Assembly (NCBI GenBank): GCA_963665665.1
Contig: OY762428.1
Coordinates: forward strand, 4,320,001 to 4,384,000
Length of the DNA stretch: 64,000 nucleotides
Source of the DNA: Candidatus Kapaibacterium sp.
Lineage (GTDB): Bacteria; Bacteroidota; Ignavibacteria; Kapaibacteriales; UBA2268
Reading direction: 5' to 3'
Positions within the stretch are counted from its first letter, which is position 1. Each line of letters opens with the position of its first letter. The translations under genes and the position numbers were made by a program. Below the pieces are notes generated by a model. The model was not told the DNA's origin. It saw nothing but the letters and a program-made list of their open reading frames with translations, and made no database searches. Of this stretch, positions 52,001-62,489 are shown piece after piece.

Positions 52001-54037
52001 TTGAAAAAGAGAAAAAACAAAGGATACAGGTGCGGGAACAGCAGGGTGGTAATAATTACATTGTTATTGTTTTTTTTGTGTAATACTTCAAGTATGTACT
52101 CACAAACAGACAGGCTTAAGGAACTTTATAATAATATCGTAGAGAGTGAGGGTAAGGATACTAATTCAATTAGAGAAATGGTATTGAAAATCAGACATCC
52201 AAGAATTGACAGTTTGGCTATTACATTCCCTTATGCCAATAATTTGTATGATTTTTATAAAAAACAGGGTTTAAATTTTCAAAAGGAAAACATAATAGAT
52301 GCTTTGGCAGGCAATTATTATCTTAAAGGGGATTATTATGAAGCTATAGAAAAATATCTTGAATGGGTTCCTTTGATTGCTGATACAAATTATCAGGATA
52401 AGTTCGCTGTAAATTATAATATTGCTAATACTTTTAAAAATTTAGAGAAATATGATGATGCCATAAAGTATTTAAAAAAATCAATTTCATATCTACCAAG
52501 AATTGAGGACCAGAATTATGATTTCAGAGCTTATAATCTTATGGGTATTATATATTTTAGTAATAATGACTTTGTTAAATCAGAATCTAATCTTATTAAA
52601 GCCTACAATATATCAAGAGAAATGAATAATCTTAAGAATAAGGCTATGGTAAGTAATAATCTTGGAATGATTTACCAAAATAAATCAGATTTTGACAAGG
52701 CTCTGGAGTACTATAAAATCGCTGGAGATATTAATAAAAAAAGTAATTTTCTAAGATCATACCAGAAAAATTTACTGAATGTTGCAAATGTATATGTGAA
52801 AATGAATAAATTGGATTCGGCGAAAAAATATTTTGATTTCATCCGAATTACTTTTAAAGATTATAATAACTTAGAAATCGAAAAGAGTTACAATTTCAAC
52901 ATAAGCAGTTACTATAAAGCTGTAGGAAATTATCAAATGGCACTTGAATATTATCAAAAATATTCCTATTTGAATGATTCACTACAAATTAGGGAAAAGA
53001 ATAGTGAAATTGAAATGATTTTTAACGAATTTGAATTAAAAAATAAAATTCGTGAGAATGAAATGCTTTCCAGCGATAATAAATCTAAGGATATAAAGCT
53101 TGCTGAAAACAAACTAATGCTTGTTATGGCTTTGGCAATTATTACATTGGCAGTGATAGTATTCTATTTTCTAATTCGTAAAGGTAAGAGAGATAAAGAG
53201 CTGAATAATCTGCTTAAAGAAAAAAATGAAGATGTCCAGTCTGCAAATTCGGAACTGAACAGAGTTAATAAAATTCTTGGAGAAGAGTCCAGGAAACTGG
53301 CCTTGGTGAATAAGAGGTTAATGGATTCGGAGAAATTATTGAGAAAGAATAATATTGAAAAAGACAGGTTCTTTTCAATAATCTCGCATGATATCAGAGA
53401 TCCTCTTCAATCATTAATGCTTGGGACTGAACTTCTGAATATGCAGATAAATAGAGAAATGTATGCCAAGGCTGCTAAAAATTCGGTATCAATAACAAAT
53501 GCTGCGCATAGCCTTAAGGCCATGATGGAGAATTTATTTACATGGGCGGAAGCGAAGTCTGGTAGTTTGAAGGTGATTCCGGTAGATACGAAACCCGTAC
53601 AGATCATTCAGAATATCAGGAGCTTATTTGCTAGTGAAATTGAGGAAAAAGGAGTCAATTTCAACATAAAAATTCCCGGTGATATGACTATCAGGGCTGA
53701 TATGAATTTACTTCATACAATATTCAAAAATCTGATATATAATGCCGTAAAATATACAGATCCAAATGGTAATATTACTATTGATTCTATTAAAATTGAT
53801 GACTTTTTCCTTTTCACTGTCGAGGATGACGGAGTTGGTATCAGTGAAGAGAACCTTGAAAAATTATTCAGACTTGATACCGTTTACAGCACAAAAGGTA
53901 CGAAGAATGAGTCCGGTACTGGATTGGGCCTTATTATTTGCCAGGAATTCGTAGAAAGGCACGGCGGTAAAATTTGGGTGGAAAGCAAACAGGGAAGCTG
54001 GACGAAGTTTTCATTTACTATTCGGGATGATATGTAA
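52001..54037 (+). CDS. Periplasmic-TPR sensor histidine kinase
   Basis: Signal/TM, TPR repeats, a second TM, FFSIISHDIRDP, NLIYNAVK, DDGVG, GTGLGL. Confidence 0.92.
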   Translation: MKKRKNKGYRCGNSRVVIITLLLFFLCNTSSMYSQTDRLKELYNNIVESEGKDTNSIREMVLKIRHPRIDSLAITFPYANNLYDFYKKQGLNFQKENIIDALAGNYYLKGDYYEAIEKYLEWVPLIADTNYQDKFAVNYNIANTFKNLEKYDDAIKYLKKSISYLPRIEDQNYDFRAYNLMGIIYFSNNDFVKSESNLIKAYNISREMNNLKNKAMVSNNLGMIYQNKSDFDKALEYYKIAGDINKKSNFLRSYQKNLLNVANVYVKMNKLDSAKKYFDFIRITFKDYNNLEIEKSYNFNISSYYKAVGNYQMALEYYQKYSYLNDSLQIREKNSEIEMIFNEFELKNKIRENEMLSSDNKSKDIKLAENKLMLVMALAIITLAVIVFYFLIRKGKRDKELNNLLKEKNEDVQSANSELNRVNKILGEESRKLALVNKRLMDSEKLLRKNNIEKDRFFSIISHDIRDPLQSLMLGTELLNMQINREMYAKAAKNSVSITNAAHSLKAMMENLFTWAEAKSGSLKVIPVDTKPVQIIQNIRSLFASEIEEKGVNFNIKIPGDMTIRADMNLLHTIFKNLIYNAVKYTDPNGNITIDSIKIDDFFLFTVEDDGVGISEENLEKLFRLDTVYSTKGTKNESGTGLGLIICQEFVERHGGKIWVESKQGSWTKFSFTIRDDM

Positions 54038-54040
54038 TAT

Positions 54041-54907
54041 ATGATAGTTTCGGTAAGCAGGAGGACTGATATCCCGGCGTTTTATTCCGATTGGTTAATT
54101 AATAGAATTAAAGCCGGTTATTGCCTGGTAGCCAATCCGTATAATCCGAAGCAGATAAAAAAAGTCTCATTATATCCCGATGATGTTGATTGTTTTGTAT
54201 TCTGGACCCGTAATCCCGAAGCTATGATGAAATATCTGGATTTTCTTGATGAATCCGGTTTTTCTTATTATTTCATGATAACGCTTACAAATTATCCCGA
54301 AATATTGGAGCCTGAAAATCCTGATAAAAACCGTATTATTGATTCAATTATTAATTTATCTGAAAAGATTGGCAAAGAAAGAGTAATATGGCGTTACGAT
54401 CCAATAGTATTGGCAAATGAAATAACTCCTGAATTCCATTTAGCGAACTTTTCTGATTTATTAAATACCTTATCCGATTTTGTTGGGAAGATTATTACAA
54501 GTGTTCTCAGCAATTACAGGAAAACTGAGAGGAGAATGTTAAAGGCGGGGTATCAGACGATTTATAATTATGATGAAATTGTTGAACTATTAGAAACATT
54601 GAATGATGTTGCTGCAACTGAGCAGAAGAAGATGCAAATATGCTGTCCTGATGAAAAGTTAAAATCTGCCGGTATAGAATCTGCAAGCTGTATTGATATT
54701 AATCTTATTAACAAAATTAGCAAAAAGAATATCCCTTATAAACGTGACAGAAACCAAAGGTTGAATTGCAATTGCAACCAGGCGGTTGATATTGGAGCAA
54801 ATAATACTTGTATTCATGGCTGCCGTTATTGTTATGCCAACATCAGCAGGAAATCGGCTCTGTCCAGATACGCTAAACATGATCCGAAATCGGAATTTCT
54901 TATATAA
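54041..54907 (+). CDS. DUF1848 family protein
   Basis: MIVSVSRRTDIPAFY, VFWT.NP, WRYDPI, C-terminal C.C...DIG...C.HGC.YCYA. Confidence 0.88.
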   Translation: MIVSVSRRTDIPAFYSDWLINRIKAGYCLVANPYNPKQIKKVSLYPDDVDCFVFWTRNPEAMMKYLDFLDESGFSYYFMITLTNYPEILEPENPDKNRIIDSIINLSEKIGKERVIWRYDPIVLANEITPEFHLANFSDLLNTLSDFVGKIITSVLSNYRKTERRMLKAGYQTIYNYDEIVELLETLNDVAATEQKKMQICCPDEKLKSAGIESASCIDINLINKISKKNIPYKRDRNQRLNCNCNQAVDIGANNTCIHGCRYCYANISRKSALSRYAKHDPKSEFLI

Positions 54908-56422
54908 CTATCTTTTTCTGCTGAAACTTGCCAGTCGCATAAGTATCAGATCCTGCAAATTCCTGGCTACACTTACCGGGGAAGTGAAGTTATTTATCAT
55001 AATAGAGAATGCCAGGTTTTCTTTGTCTCTGGTAACGATATAACCGCAAATAGTAGAAACTCCGTTCATTGTACCTGTTTTGGCAAAAACTGCTTTCTCT
55101 GCCTTTGTACCGGTTAGTCTTCGTTCAAGTGTACCCGGATTAGCGGGCCTGGCTAATGTATTTTTGAAAATATCACGGTTGTCGGATCGATAAACAGCTG
55201 ACAGCAGCCTTACGAAATAGGCCGGGCTTATCAGATTATACCTGGAAAGGCCCGAACCGTCAACAACTCTCATTTTATCAGGATTTAACCCGAGTTTTCC
55301 TGCAAATTCTTCCACTTTACCTATCCCGCTGGCGAAACTGCCTTCGCCGGTTGATGCTTTTCCAAGGGATTTTAGCAGGCATTCGGCGCCGAGGTTATGA
55401 CTTTGAGTATTTATTACTTTTATAAGATCTATCAGTTTAGGTGATTCATGTGAGAATTCAGGTTTTTTACCAATATATGAAATACCGTAATTTAGATTAT
55501 CAGCATCAAGTATAGCCCCACGAAATCTGATTATTCTGTTATTTAGTGCTTGTCGGAAATTATTAAGAAAATACAGGGTGGGGTTATCAATTGCCAGAGC
55601 AAGCTTGATATGATAATCTTTTATGCTTGTATCGGGAGAAATACTGCCGTGCAATTCAATAACATTGGCTTTACTGTCCCGGATAAAATTAATATCAGAG
55701 GGTGATTCGATGTCGGAAGTTTTAATATAATTTAATATCCTTACATAATCAGTTTCCGGCGTAAGTTCGAATCTTGCCGGAGTGTCAGAACTATCTCCCG
55801 GATAGATATTTATTTCGATTGAATTATCATAAATGGACAAAGGTTTGACTTTAGCGGAGAAGGGATAATTAAAATCATCCCACGCCCATCCCGGCCCATA
55901 GTCAGTTTCATCAAAATAGCTGTCATCACCGATAATATTTCCCCTTATGGTATAAATTCCAAGGCTGTCCATTGTTTCAGCCCAATTTGAAAGCAGGCTG
56001 TCCGGGTTTATACCATAAACTTCTGAAATTGACGGGTCGCCGGCTCCGCGAATAACGATATTGCCTATAAACTCGCCATTGTCGAATATTTCTCCGTCCA
56101 GATAAACTTTGCTGATAAAAACGAAATCCGGCCCGAAGTAATCAAGTGCAGCAGATGTTGTAAGCAGTTTCAAAGAAGAAGCCGGGATAAAATTTTTCTC
56201 GTCATTTTTTCGGTATAATATCTGGCCGTTTTCCAAAGAAACAATTGAAACCCCGATCAAAGCATCTTTCAGATCATTGTTATCAATAAGAGCGTCAATA
56301 TCTCCAACAAGTTCTTTCTCGGGGCTGATCCTGACAACAGAATCCATTGCCAGTTCTGTTTCCTGGTTGAAAACAAGGTAAGGTGATAAATATATTAATA
56401 AGAGAAAATAAACAAATTTCAT
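54908..56422 (-). CDS. dacB: D-Ala-D-Ala carboxypeptidase/endopeptidase PBP4
   Basis: PASSLK (SxxK), GAGDP, S.N (SHN), DGSGLSR, AKTGT. Confidence 0.93.
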   Translation of the reverse strand: MKFVYFLLLIYLSPYLVFNQETELAMDSVVRISPEKELVGDIDALIDNNDLKDALIGVSIVSLENGQILYRKNDEKNFIPASSLKLLTTSAALDYFGPDFVFISKVYLDGEIFDNGEFIGNIVIRGAGDPSISEVYGINPDSLLSNWAETMDSLGIYTIRGNIIGDDSYFDETDYGPGWAWDDFNYPFSAKVKPLSIYDNSIEINIYPGDSSDTPARFELTPETDYVRILNYIKTSDIESPSDINFIRDSKANVIELHGSISPDTSIKDYHIKLALAIDNPTLYFLNNFRQALNNRIIRFRGAILDADNLNYGISYIGKKPEFSHESPKLIDLIKVINTQSHNLGAECLLKSLGKASTGEGSFASGIGKVEEFAGKLGLNPDKMRVVDGSGLSRYNLISPAYFVRLLSAVYRSDNRDIFKNTLARPANPGTLERRLTGTKAEKAVFAKTGTMNGVSTICGYIVTRDKENLAFSIMINNFTSPVSVARNLQDLILMRLASFSRKR

Positions 56423-56596
56423 AGTAATCCTTTGCTATTGTTACGCCAATATACAAATTGAAAAAATCAGAAAAAAATAAATTTAAATTCTTTAAGATAT
56501 TATACAATTAAAATATCAGTTCTTCTTCTTAAAAGATATTATTGATTTGATAAGATAACAAATTTTAATATATTGTAGATTCGTTCTTTAACAATT

Positions 56597-56953
56597 GGGG
56601 ATGACATGGCTTCGACGGGGTGATGGACGCTTTCAGTGGCATGCCGTGCTCAGTCGGTGGGTGCACGTAAATACAACCGGCAAGCATAATAAATGCAGAC
56701 AATAACTACGCAATGGCTGCGTAATTAACCAGCCACATCCGCAGGAAACATACCTGCCTGTTTCCTTCCGGGTGACGACTCCGGCAGGTTTGCATGATCG
56801 GAATCGGGAGACGATCATGTGCAACAAATCCCGATAATTCGCGACGTACCTGCTTTTTGGTGAACGATGTGACCGAAAATTTATAAAAAAGCTAAGCATG
56901 TAGAAGCTAAAGAAGAAGCTCTTCGGACGCGGGTTCGACTCCCGCCATCTCCA
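56597..56953 (+). ncRNA. ssrA: tmRNA, tag peptide (A)ADNNYAMAA
   Basis: 5' GGGGATGACATGGCTTCGAC, internal GCA GAC AAT AAC TAC GCA ATG GCT GCG TAA, 3' GGACGCGGGTTCGACTCCCGCCATCTCCA pairing with the 5' end. Confidence 0.97.
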
Positions 56954-56970
56954 CTTTCTATCTTTCGAAC

Positions 56971-57009
56971 ACCGCATCAATACATGTTCTTTGATGCGGT
57001 TTTGTTTTT
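56971..57009 (+). terminator. Intrinsic terminator after ssrA
   Basis: ACCGCATCAA/TTGATGCGGT stem followed by TTTGTTTTT. Confidence 0.75.
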
Positions 57010-57322
57010 ACTGTCCTATATGTGTCCTAAACTTGAGTGATTTAGGAATATTTTCCCTTAAATATTATTCTTAAAAGCAATCATTTTTGTGGATTAATTT
57101 ACAGGATATTTCTGGTAATTATCTTACGGTTCTATCTTAGTGTTTATTTAGCTCAATGCAAATTAATTTAACACCCTTAATTAATCAAATTCACAATTTT
57201 ACAAAGTTTTTTTGAATATTTTTCATCGAAGCCCCCTCGTGCAGCAATGTATTTGTTTCCTGTAAAAAGTCTTCATTATTAACCATAGGAAAATCTATAA
57301 GGTTGTCAATAGATACATTATG

Positions 57323-58969
57323 TCATTTCTTCCTATTTATTCGTCTGTTTGCTAGCTTTTTCCAAATGTTTCGTAGTTGCTTAACTTCTTGTATATTAAA
57401 GCCATGTTGTTTAATTAGCAACTCATGATCAATAATATCTAAAACTTCTTCAATTTTTCGATCTCTTATTAATGCGTCAATCAAATTGAAATCAACATTC
57501 ATTCCAACCAGAGAAGGTATTTTGATTTCTTCAATTTCAGTAGGTTCGAATGTCATTACTCCTCCTCCATAACTTCGACCAGTGATTTCTGAAAATGCAA
57601 ATGATAGAGAATTCATAAATGATATAATTAAAGATTGGCGATTGACTTTTGCCTTAAATCTCACACGATGAATAGTGTCTGTTGATGATGCACCAGATTC
57701 ATTAAGAATAAGTTTTGGATAATCTCCTACTTGACGTAGAGCAAATGCATCAGGAACCCATAATGATGGTGTTATATACCAACGCTTACGAATCCTAGTC
57801 TTATAACCTGTATTGAAATCTCTTTCTTCACCATAGCTAATATACTTTTGGCAAACTTTTGGTAAATCGTTAAACTCTACATTAGGAGGAATAAATAAGT
57901 ATATAGAATTTTGGGCTCTCGAATTTTCTAAAAAATCATCTTCTGAAAATGTAACTCCTTTTAATTGATTTGATCTGCTTGCAACTGGTATTGTATATTT
58001 CTCTAATCCCCATTCTTTTACTTGCTTTTTATTGAGCATAAAGAATTCATTCCGTCCAGTAACTAAGCCTACATCAACATCTAATATATCTCCACAAGAA
58101 ATTATTCGTGGATCTGATTTAAGAGTCTTTAGTAAATTAATTTCTCCTTCTGTCAGAAAATATTTAGTCCATTTTTCACTACTATGGTCAATAGGCTTAA
58201 CATTTGATCCATTAATAAGTTCAAAATCAATAGATTTTAAATCTTCCATATCTTTACATTCAATAACTCTAATACCTTGACCATGTTTAACTTTCTTTTC
58301 ACAAAGCAATAAAACAACTTCTTGCTGTATATTATCAAAAACTAATTTTTTGAAAGTTAATATTGTAATTCTTTCAAAATATTTGGAAAGAAAAATCCTC
58401 GTTTCAGCTGCATATTTAACCTGAAATAATTCGGCTGGGATAACCATTGCCATTTTTCCAGAATTATTTAATAATGAAGAACAAACTATAAGAAACGGCA
58501 CCCATATATTGGTAAGTTTATTTGGGTTCAATCCAAGAGTCTTCATCATCTCAATAGCAAGATGCCGATGTTCCTCCGGGAAATTTTGATACCTAATAAA
58601 AGGAGGGTTACCTATCACAACATCATATTCGATTGTTTCATTGTTTTTTATATAGTTAAAAAAATCTCGATTCTCGATTATATTGGGATCTATCCCTAAG
58701 TTTGCAGCTCTTTGTTTTGCTTTAGAGGATTCTTCTTCTATTAATTCAATTCCTTTAATTTTACCATCTAGTTGTTTTCCCTCTATACCTAATTCATTAA
58801 AACGCAATATTGCTGATTCAATGAAATTACCATCTCCACAACTTGGTTCTAATACAGAATTAGTATTGACATCAATACTCCAACTACATAAAAAATCTGT
58901 AATAGGTTTTGGAGTATAGTAACCTCCTCGAAGCTTTGTTGATGATATTTTATCTTTTACTGTTCCCAT
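57323..58969 (-). CDS. Companion N6-adenine DNA methyltransferase of an Eco57I/BpmI-type system
   Basis: LRGGYYTP, LEPSCGDGNF (motif I), GNPPF (motif IV), GRSYGGGV; 548 aa. Confidence 0.9.
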   Translation of the reverse strand: MGTVKDKISSTKLRGGYYTPKPITDFLCSWSIDVNTNSVLEPSCGDGNFIESAILRFNELGIEGKQLDGKIKGIELIEEESSKAKQRAANLGIDPNIIENRDFFNYIKNNETIEYDVVIGNPPFIRYQNFPEEHRHLAIEMMKTLGLNPNKLTNIWVPFLIVCSSLLNNSGKMAMVIPAELFQVKYAAETRIFLSKYFERITILTFKKLVFDNIQQEVVLLLCEKKVKHGQGIRVIECKDMEDLKSIDFELINGSNVKPIDHSSEKWTKYFLTEGEINLLKTLKSDPRIISCGDILDVDVGLVTGRNEFFMLNKKQVKEWGLEKYTIPVASRSNQLKGVTFSEDDFLENSRAQNSIYLFIPPNVEFNDLPKVCQKYISYGEERDFNTGYKTRIRKRWYITPSLWVPDAFALRQVGDYPKLILNESGASSTDTIHRVRFKAKVNRQSLIISFMNSLSFAFSEITGRSYGGGVMTFEPTEIEEIKIPSLVGMNVDFNLIDALIRDRKIEEVLDIIDHELLIKQHGFNIQEVKQLRNIWKKLANRRINRKK

Positions 58970-61900
58970 TATTCCGCTATTAAAGATTCTGAATTAAACA
59001 TTTCATCTTGCATCACTGTTTCAAACTCCTTATTTGAAATACCATACAGATTGTTAATAATCTGAATTAATTGTTTTTGCAAAGTATCGATTTTTCTTTG
59101 AAATACATTTCTATTTGTTCCATAACCAACAGTTTTAAGTTTAACTTTAGTACTGATTAGGTTCCTAACGATTTTAACTATTTGCTTATATGCTTCTTTT
59201 TCTGTATTATTAGCCATATTAATAGTTCTAATAGGTAGATTCTCTATGAACTGTTTTCCATGAGAATAATATGAACCTCTAAATTCACTTGCACCTGATT
59301 TTACCATATTTTCAATTAGAGGATGTGAAAGTATTCCTAAAAAGTAGTATAAAGAATATTCAGAATTATTTATCAATCCGTAATAAGGACCATTTCCACC
59401 ACCAGTAAACTGTAGATTATTTTTATCGATTGTATATGGTGGCTCAGTTGATAAAACTGACCAAATTAGTTTCTCGGTGTTATGAAATTTAGTCAAACTT
59501 TGGGAACGGCCAAATTGGTACCATAGTGGTTCTTTTCCTTGCAGACTTCGCTTTTCTAAAGACTCTTGATTTTCTTTCAAATAAGCATAAGCCAAAGGGA
59601 AATGAGTCGACAAATAGGTCTCGCTATAAACTTTTGCCTTATCACCCTTGATGCTATAAGGGAAAATGATTTGTGTATTCCCATTCAATGTCTCAAATAA
59701 TCCAAATGACAAATCGTAAATTGCAGGTAGGCATATTCCTTTCTCAATTTTCCAAGATTTTCCCTGTTTACTAAAATCAAAATAGTCATCACTTTCATAT
59801 TCAGGTTTGAATATATATATTTTATCTGCACTAGTTTGTAAACCAACACAAATTTCTGCTAAGTCTTTTAAAGGTTTATTTTGTGAATGCCTAACTTTAG
59901 TAAACACTTCTTCTGTTCCAGGAGCAAGAAAAACCCATGGATCAGAATTATAGTTTTCATTTTTGTATTCAATAGAATTACTATCATCCTCAAGCGATCT
60001 AGCCGATATTGACTTAATCCTTTTAAATGAAAATCTTTCATGCTTTTCTACTCTTAATACCATTATCGCAGTATAGGTTGATTTACCTGGAAAAATCTGA
60101 GACACTCCAAAATGGATAATTTTAGAGATATTACAGTTTTCTGAAATGTGATTTCTTAGAGCTTTACCTCCTTTAATTAAAAAGAATTTATGAGGTACTA
60201 TATATCCCAAATACCCATTAGAGTTTAACAATGCAATTGCTCTTTGTATAAATACATAATATTTGTCAATTGTTTCTTTTTTTGCTACATCAAATCCAGA
60301 TACAGAAGACTGATAATACAATACTTCTTCTGGTGAATATTTTACAAGATTTTGAATTCTAACATAGGGAGGATTACCAATAATCGCATCAAATCCATTA
60401 GTTTCATTTAGAAATGGATATTCCGTTTCCCAATCGAAAGGATTAAGACGAAACAACACCTCATCATCATCCAAAGCTTCAGGTATAAACTTATAAAAAT
60501 TTGAGTCGACCAAAGAATTACCACATTTAATATTGTTACTTAAGCTGGGTAGCAACCTTTCATCATATTGATTTAAAAAATCATTTACAGTGGCCTCATT
60601 TTCACCTTCAAGTAATTTTAATAATAAACTAAACTCACTTACCTCTTTTGCATAAGGATTTATATCAACACCAAAAATATTGCTTTCAAGGATAATGCGT
60701 TTGCCTTTAAGGGTAAGAACATAAGTTGAATCATCTGTTAAATATACAATATTATTGTCGCAAATTTTTTCATTAGATATTGATTCTAAATACTTTTCAA
60801 GAAGAAAATCATAAGCTGAAATTAAAAATGTGCCTGAACCACAGCATATGTCAGCAATTTTAAGATTCTTAAGCCCTTCAAATGACTTATCTGATACAAG
60901 AGGCGTTAGAGTGTCTTTAACAATCTGTTCAACTATAAGTTTTGGAGTAGGAACAACACCATTTGAAGCAGAAACCTCTGGTTCCATTACAATTGACAAT
61001 TGTCGATTATCATCAATTAAGACTCTACTTCCAAGAAATCGTTCATATATCTGGCTTAAAATTGCCGGATCTACAACAGAAAAGTCATTAGGACTAAGAG
61101 GATAATACAATTCATTGAAAATAGAGATTAGTGTATCAGAATCTATTCCAACTTCTTTCGATAATGTATCCTCAATAAAATCAAATAGCCCAGAATTAAA
61201 TTTTCTGTCGGACTGTTCAAATAGTGCTTTCAGTTCTATATAATTTGTAATAGATTTTAAGGTTTCAAATTTCTCGATAGTCCTGTCTTCACATATTCGA
61301 AGAAAAACTATTCTATTAAGAAGTCTTTGAATTAGAAAATTGACATCTTGGCTTTCCAAATCTTCATTGCTGTTAACTGCTGAAATTGCTAATCGCTGTC
61401 TCCAATCCTCTATTTGAGAAAGGAAATAATCATCAAATGTTTCTCCTCTTCTTTCGTATGTTGAAAATAAATTATCAAGTAATCCAGAATGTGCAGAATC
61501 ATAAGATAACATTTGATTTATTTCATCTAATGCACTTAGATAATCAGAGTAGTGAAATATTTTTACTCTCGCAACATGCTCATTATCTGTGGGATTCGGC
61601 TTAAATCTACAGTCGTAAATTATTAAATCTTCGAAATTCGTTAGAATGGAAATTCCAAGATTTGCATTCCAACCATATCTTCTTATTTGAAAAGCAGCTT
61701 TAGAAGAATTATTAATGTTTACAGATGGCTTTTTAACCTCCACAAAAAGTTTACGTGTACCATTGATGCGAAGTGTATAGTCAGGATTCTTCTTTGTATT
61801 AGAATCTTCAACTTCAATGTATTCTTCCTGTAAAACATCACGTAAAAAATGTGTCTTACCTTTTGAATTGTCAACATCCCAGCCGAAACATTTTAATAGT

Positions 61901-62001
61901 GGATCTATAAAGTCATTTCTTAACTGAGTTTCATTATAACTTGGCCTTAAACAATTATCCCTTTCGGATTCATATTTTTCAATTAATTCTTTTAAATTCA
62001 T
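58969..62001 (-). CDS. Type IIG bifunctional restriction endonuclease-methyltransferase (Eco57I/BpmI-like)
   Basis: N-terminal NETQLR.DFIDP, PDY...VEVK nuclease motif, DICCGSGTFL, GNPPYV, TaqI_C-like TRD; 1010 aa; TAATG coupling to the MTase. Confidence 0.92.
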   Translation of the reverse strand: MNLKELIEKYESERDNCLRPSYNETQLRNDFIDPLLKCFGWDVDNSKGKTHFLRDVLQEEYIEVEDSNTKKNPDYTLRINGTRKLFVEVKKPSVNINNSSKAAFQIRRYGWNANLGISILTNFEDLIIYDCRFKPNPTDNEHVARVKIFHYSDYLSALDEINQMLSYDSAHSGLLDNLFSTYERRGETFDDYFLSQIEDWRQRLAISAVNSNEDLESQDVNFLIQRLLNRIVFLRICEDRTIEKFETLKSITNYIELKALFEQSDRKFNSGLFDFIEDTLSKEVGIDSDTLISIFNELYYPLSPNDFSVVDPAILSQIYERFLGSRVLIDDNRQLSIVMEPEVSASNGVVPTPKLIVEQIVKDTLTPLVSDKSFEGLKNLKIADICCGSGTFLISAYDFLLEKYLESISNEKICDNNIVYLTDDSTYVLTLKGKRIILESNIFGVDINPYAKEVSEFSLLLKLLEGENEATVNDFLNQYDERLLPSLSNNIKCGNSLVDSNFYKFIPEALDDDEVLFRLNPFDWETEYPFLNETNGFDAIIGNPPYVRIQNLVKYSPEEVLYYQSSVSGFDVAKKETIDKYYVFIQRAIALLNSNGYLGYIVPHKFFLIKGGKALRNHISENCNISKIIHFGVSQIFPGKSTYTAIMVLRVEKHERFSFKRIKSISARSLEDDSNSIEYKNENYNSDPWVFLAPGTEEVFTKVRHSQNKPLKDLAEICVGLQTSADKIYIFKPEYESDDYFDFSKQGKSWKIEKGICLPAIYDLSFGLFETLNGNTQIIFPYSIKGDKAKVYSETYLSTHFPLAYAYLKENQESLEKRSLQGKEPLWYQFGRSQSLTKFHNTEKLIWSVLSTEPPYTIDKNNLQFTGGGNGPYYGLINNSEYSLYYFLGILSHPLIENMVKSGASEFRGSYYSHGKQFIENLPIRTINMANNTEKEAYKQIVKIVRNLISTKVKLKTVGYGTNRNVFQRKIDTLQKQLIQIINNLYGISNKEFETVMQDEMFNSESLIAE

Positions 62002-62021
62002 TGATTTTCAAAATCTCATAT

Positions 62022-62330
62022 TTATTTTAATTGTTTTGATTTAAAATATTCTGCTTTTTTTTCTGCCAATTTCAATAGTTCAGAAGTATCTGATTGAGGA
62101 TAAATAATCTCGGCAATTTTTTCACTATAATATTCCTTTTTTAATTCTTCTATATCAAGTTCAAATACCTTAGCTAGCTTTGGTAAAATATTCTCGGGTA
62201 TTAATCTCTTTCCATTCTCAATTTTTGATAAAGTTGATTGGTCAATATCTAATGCCGCTGCTAATTTTGTTAACGTCATAGAAGCATCAACTCTTAACTT
62301 GTGAATATATTCTCTTAATGTCTCTTTCAT
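62022..62330 (-). CDS. XRE-family HTH regulator (candidate RM controller)
   Basis: MTLTKLAAALDIDQSTLSKIENGKR; ends 21 nt before the RM gene start. Confidence 0.88.
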   Translation of the reverse strand: MKETLREYIHKLRVDASMTLTKLAAALDIDQSTLSKIENGKRLIPENILPKLAKVFELDIEELKKEYYSEKIAEIIYPQSDTSELLKLAEKKAEYFKSKQLK

Positions 62331-62369
62331 TATCTTGACAAAATTATCTTGACAATTTTGTCAAAAATA
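62331..62369 (-). promoter_or_regulatory. Probable operator/promoter of the HTH-RM operon
   Basis: TATCTTGACAA direct repeat (14-bp period), palindrome TTGACAA-TT-TTGTCAA, overlapping a TATTTTTG -7 box. Confidence 0.65.
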
Positions 62370-62489
62370 CAATTTTTAAATAACTTGAGCAACATGATGA
62401 ACAATATTCTTTCTAATATATTGTTGGAATGACCATATAATTCTGATCAAATTTTCGGCAATATTTACTCTTTATTGCCAGTAATTTGA

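Noticed and set aside
56633-56980. 115-aa minus-strand ORF
   Set aside because: Antisense to tmRNA (WRWRESNPRP is the reverse of the T-arm).
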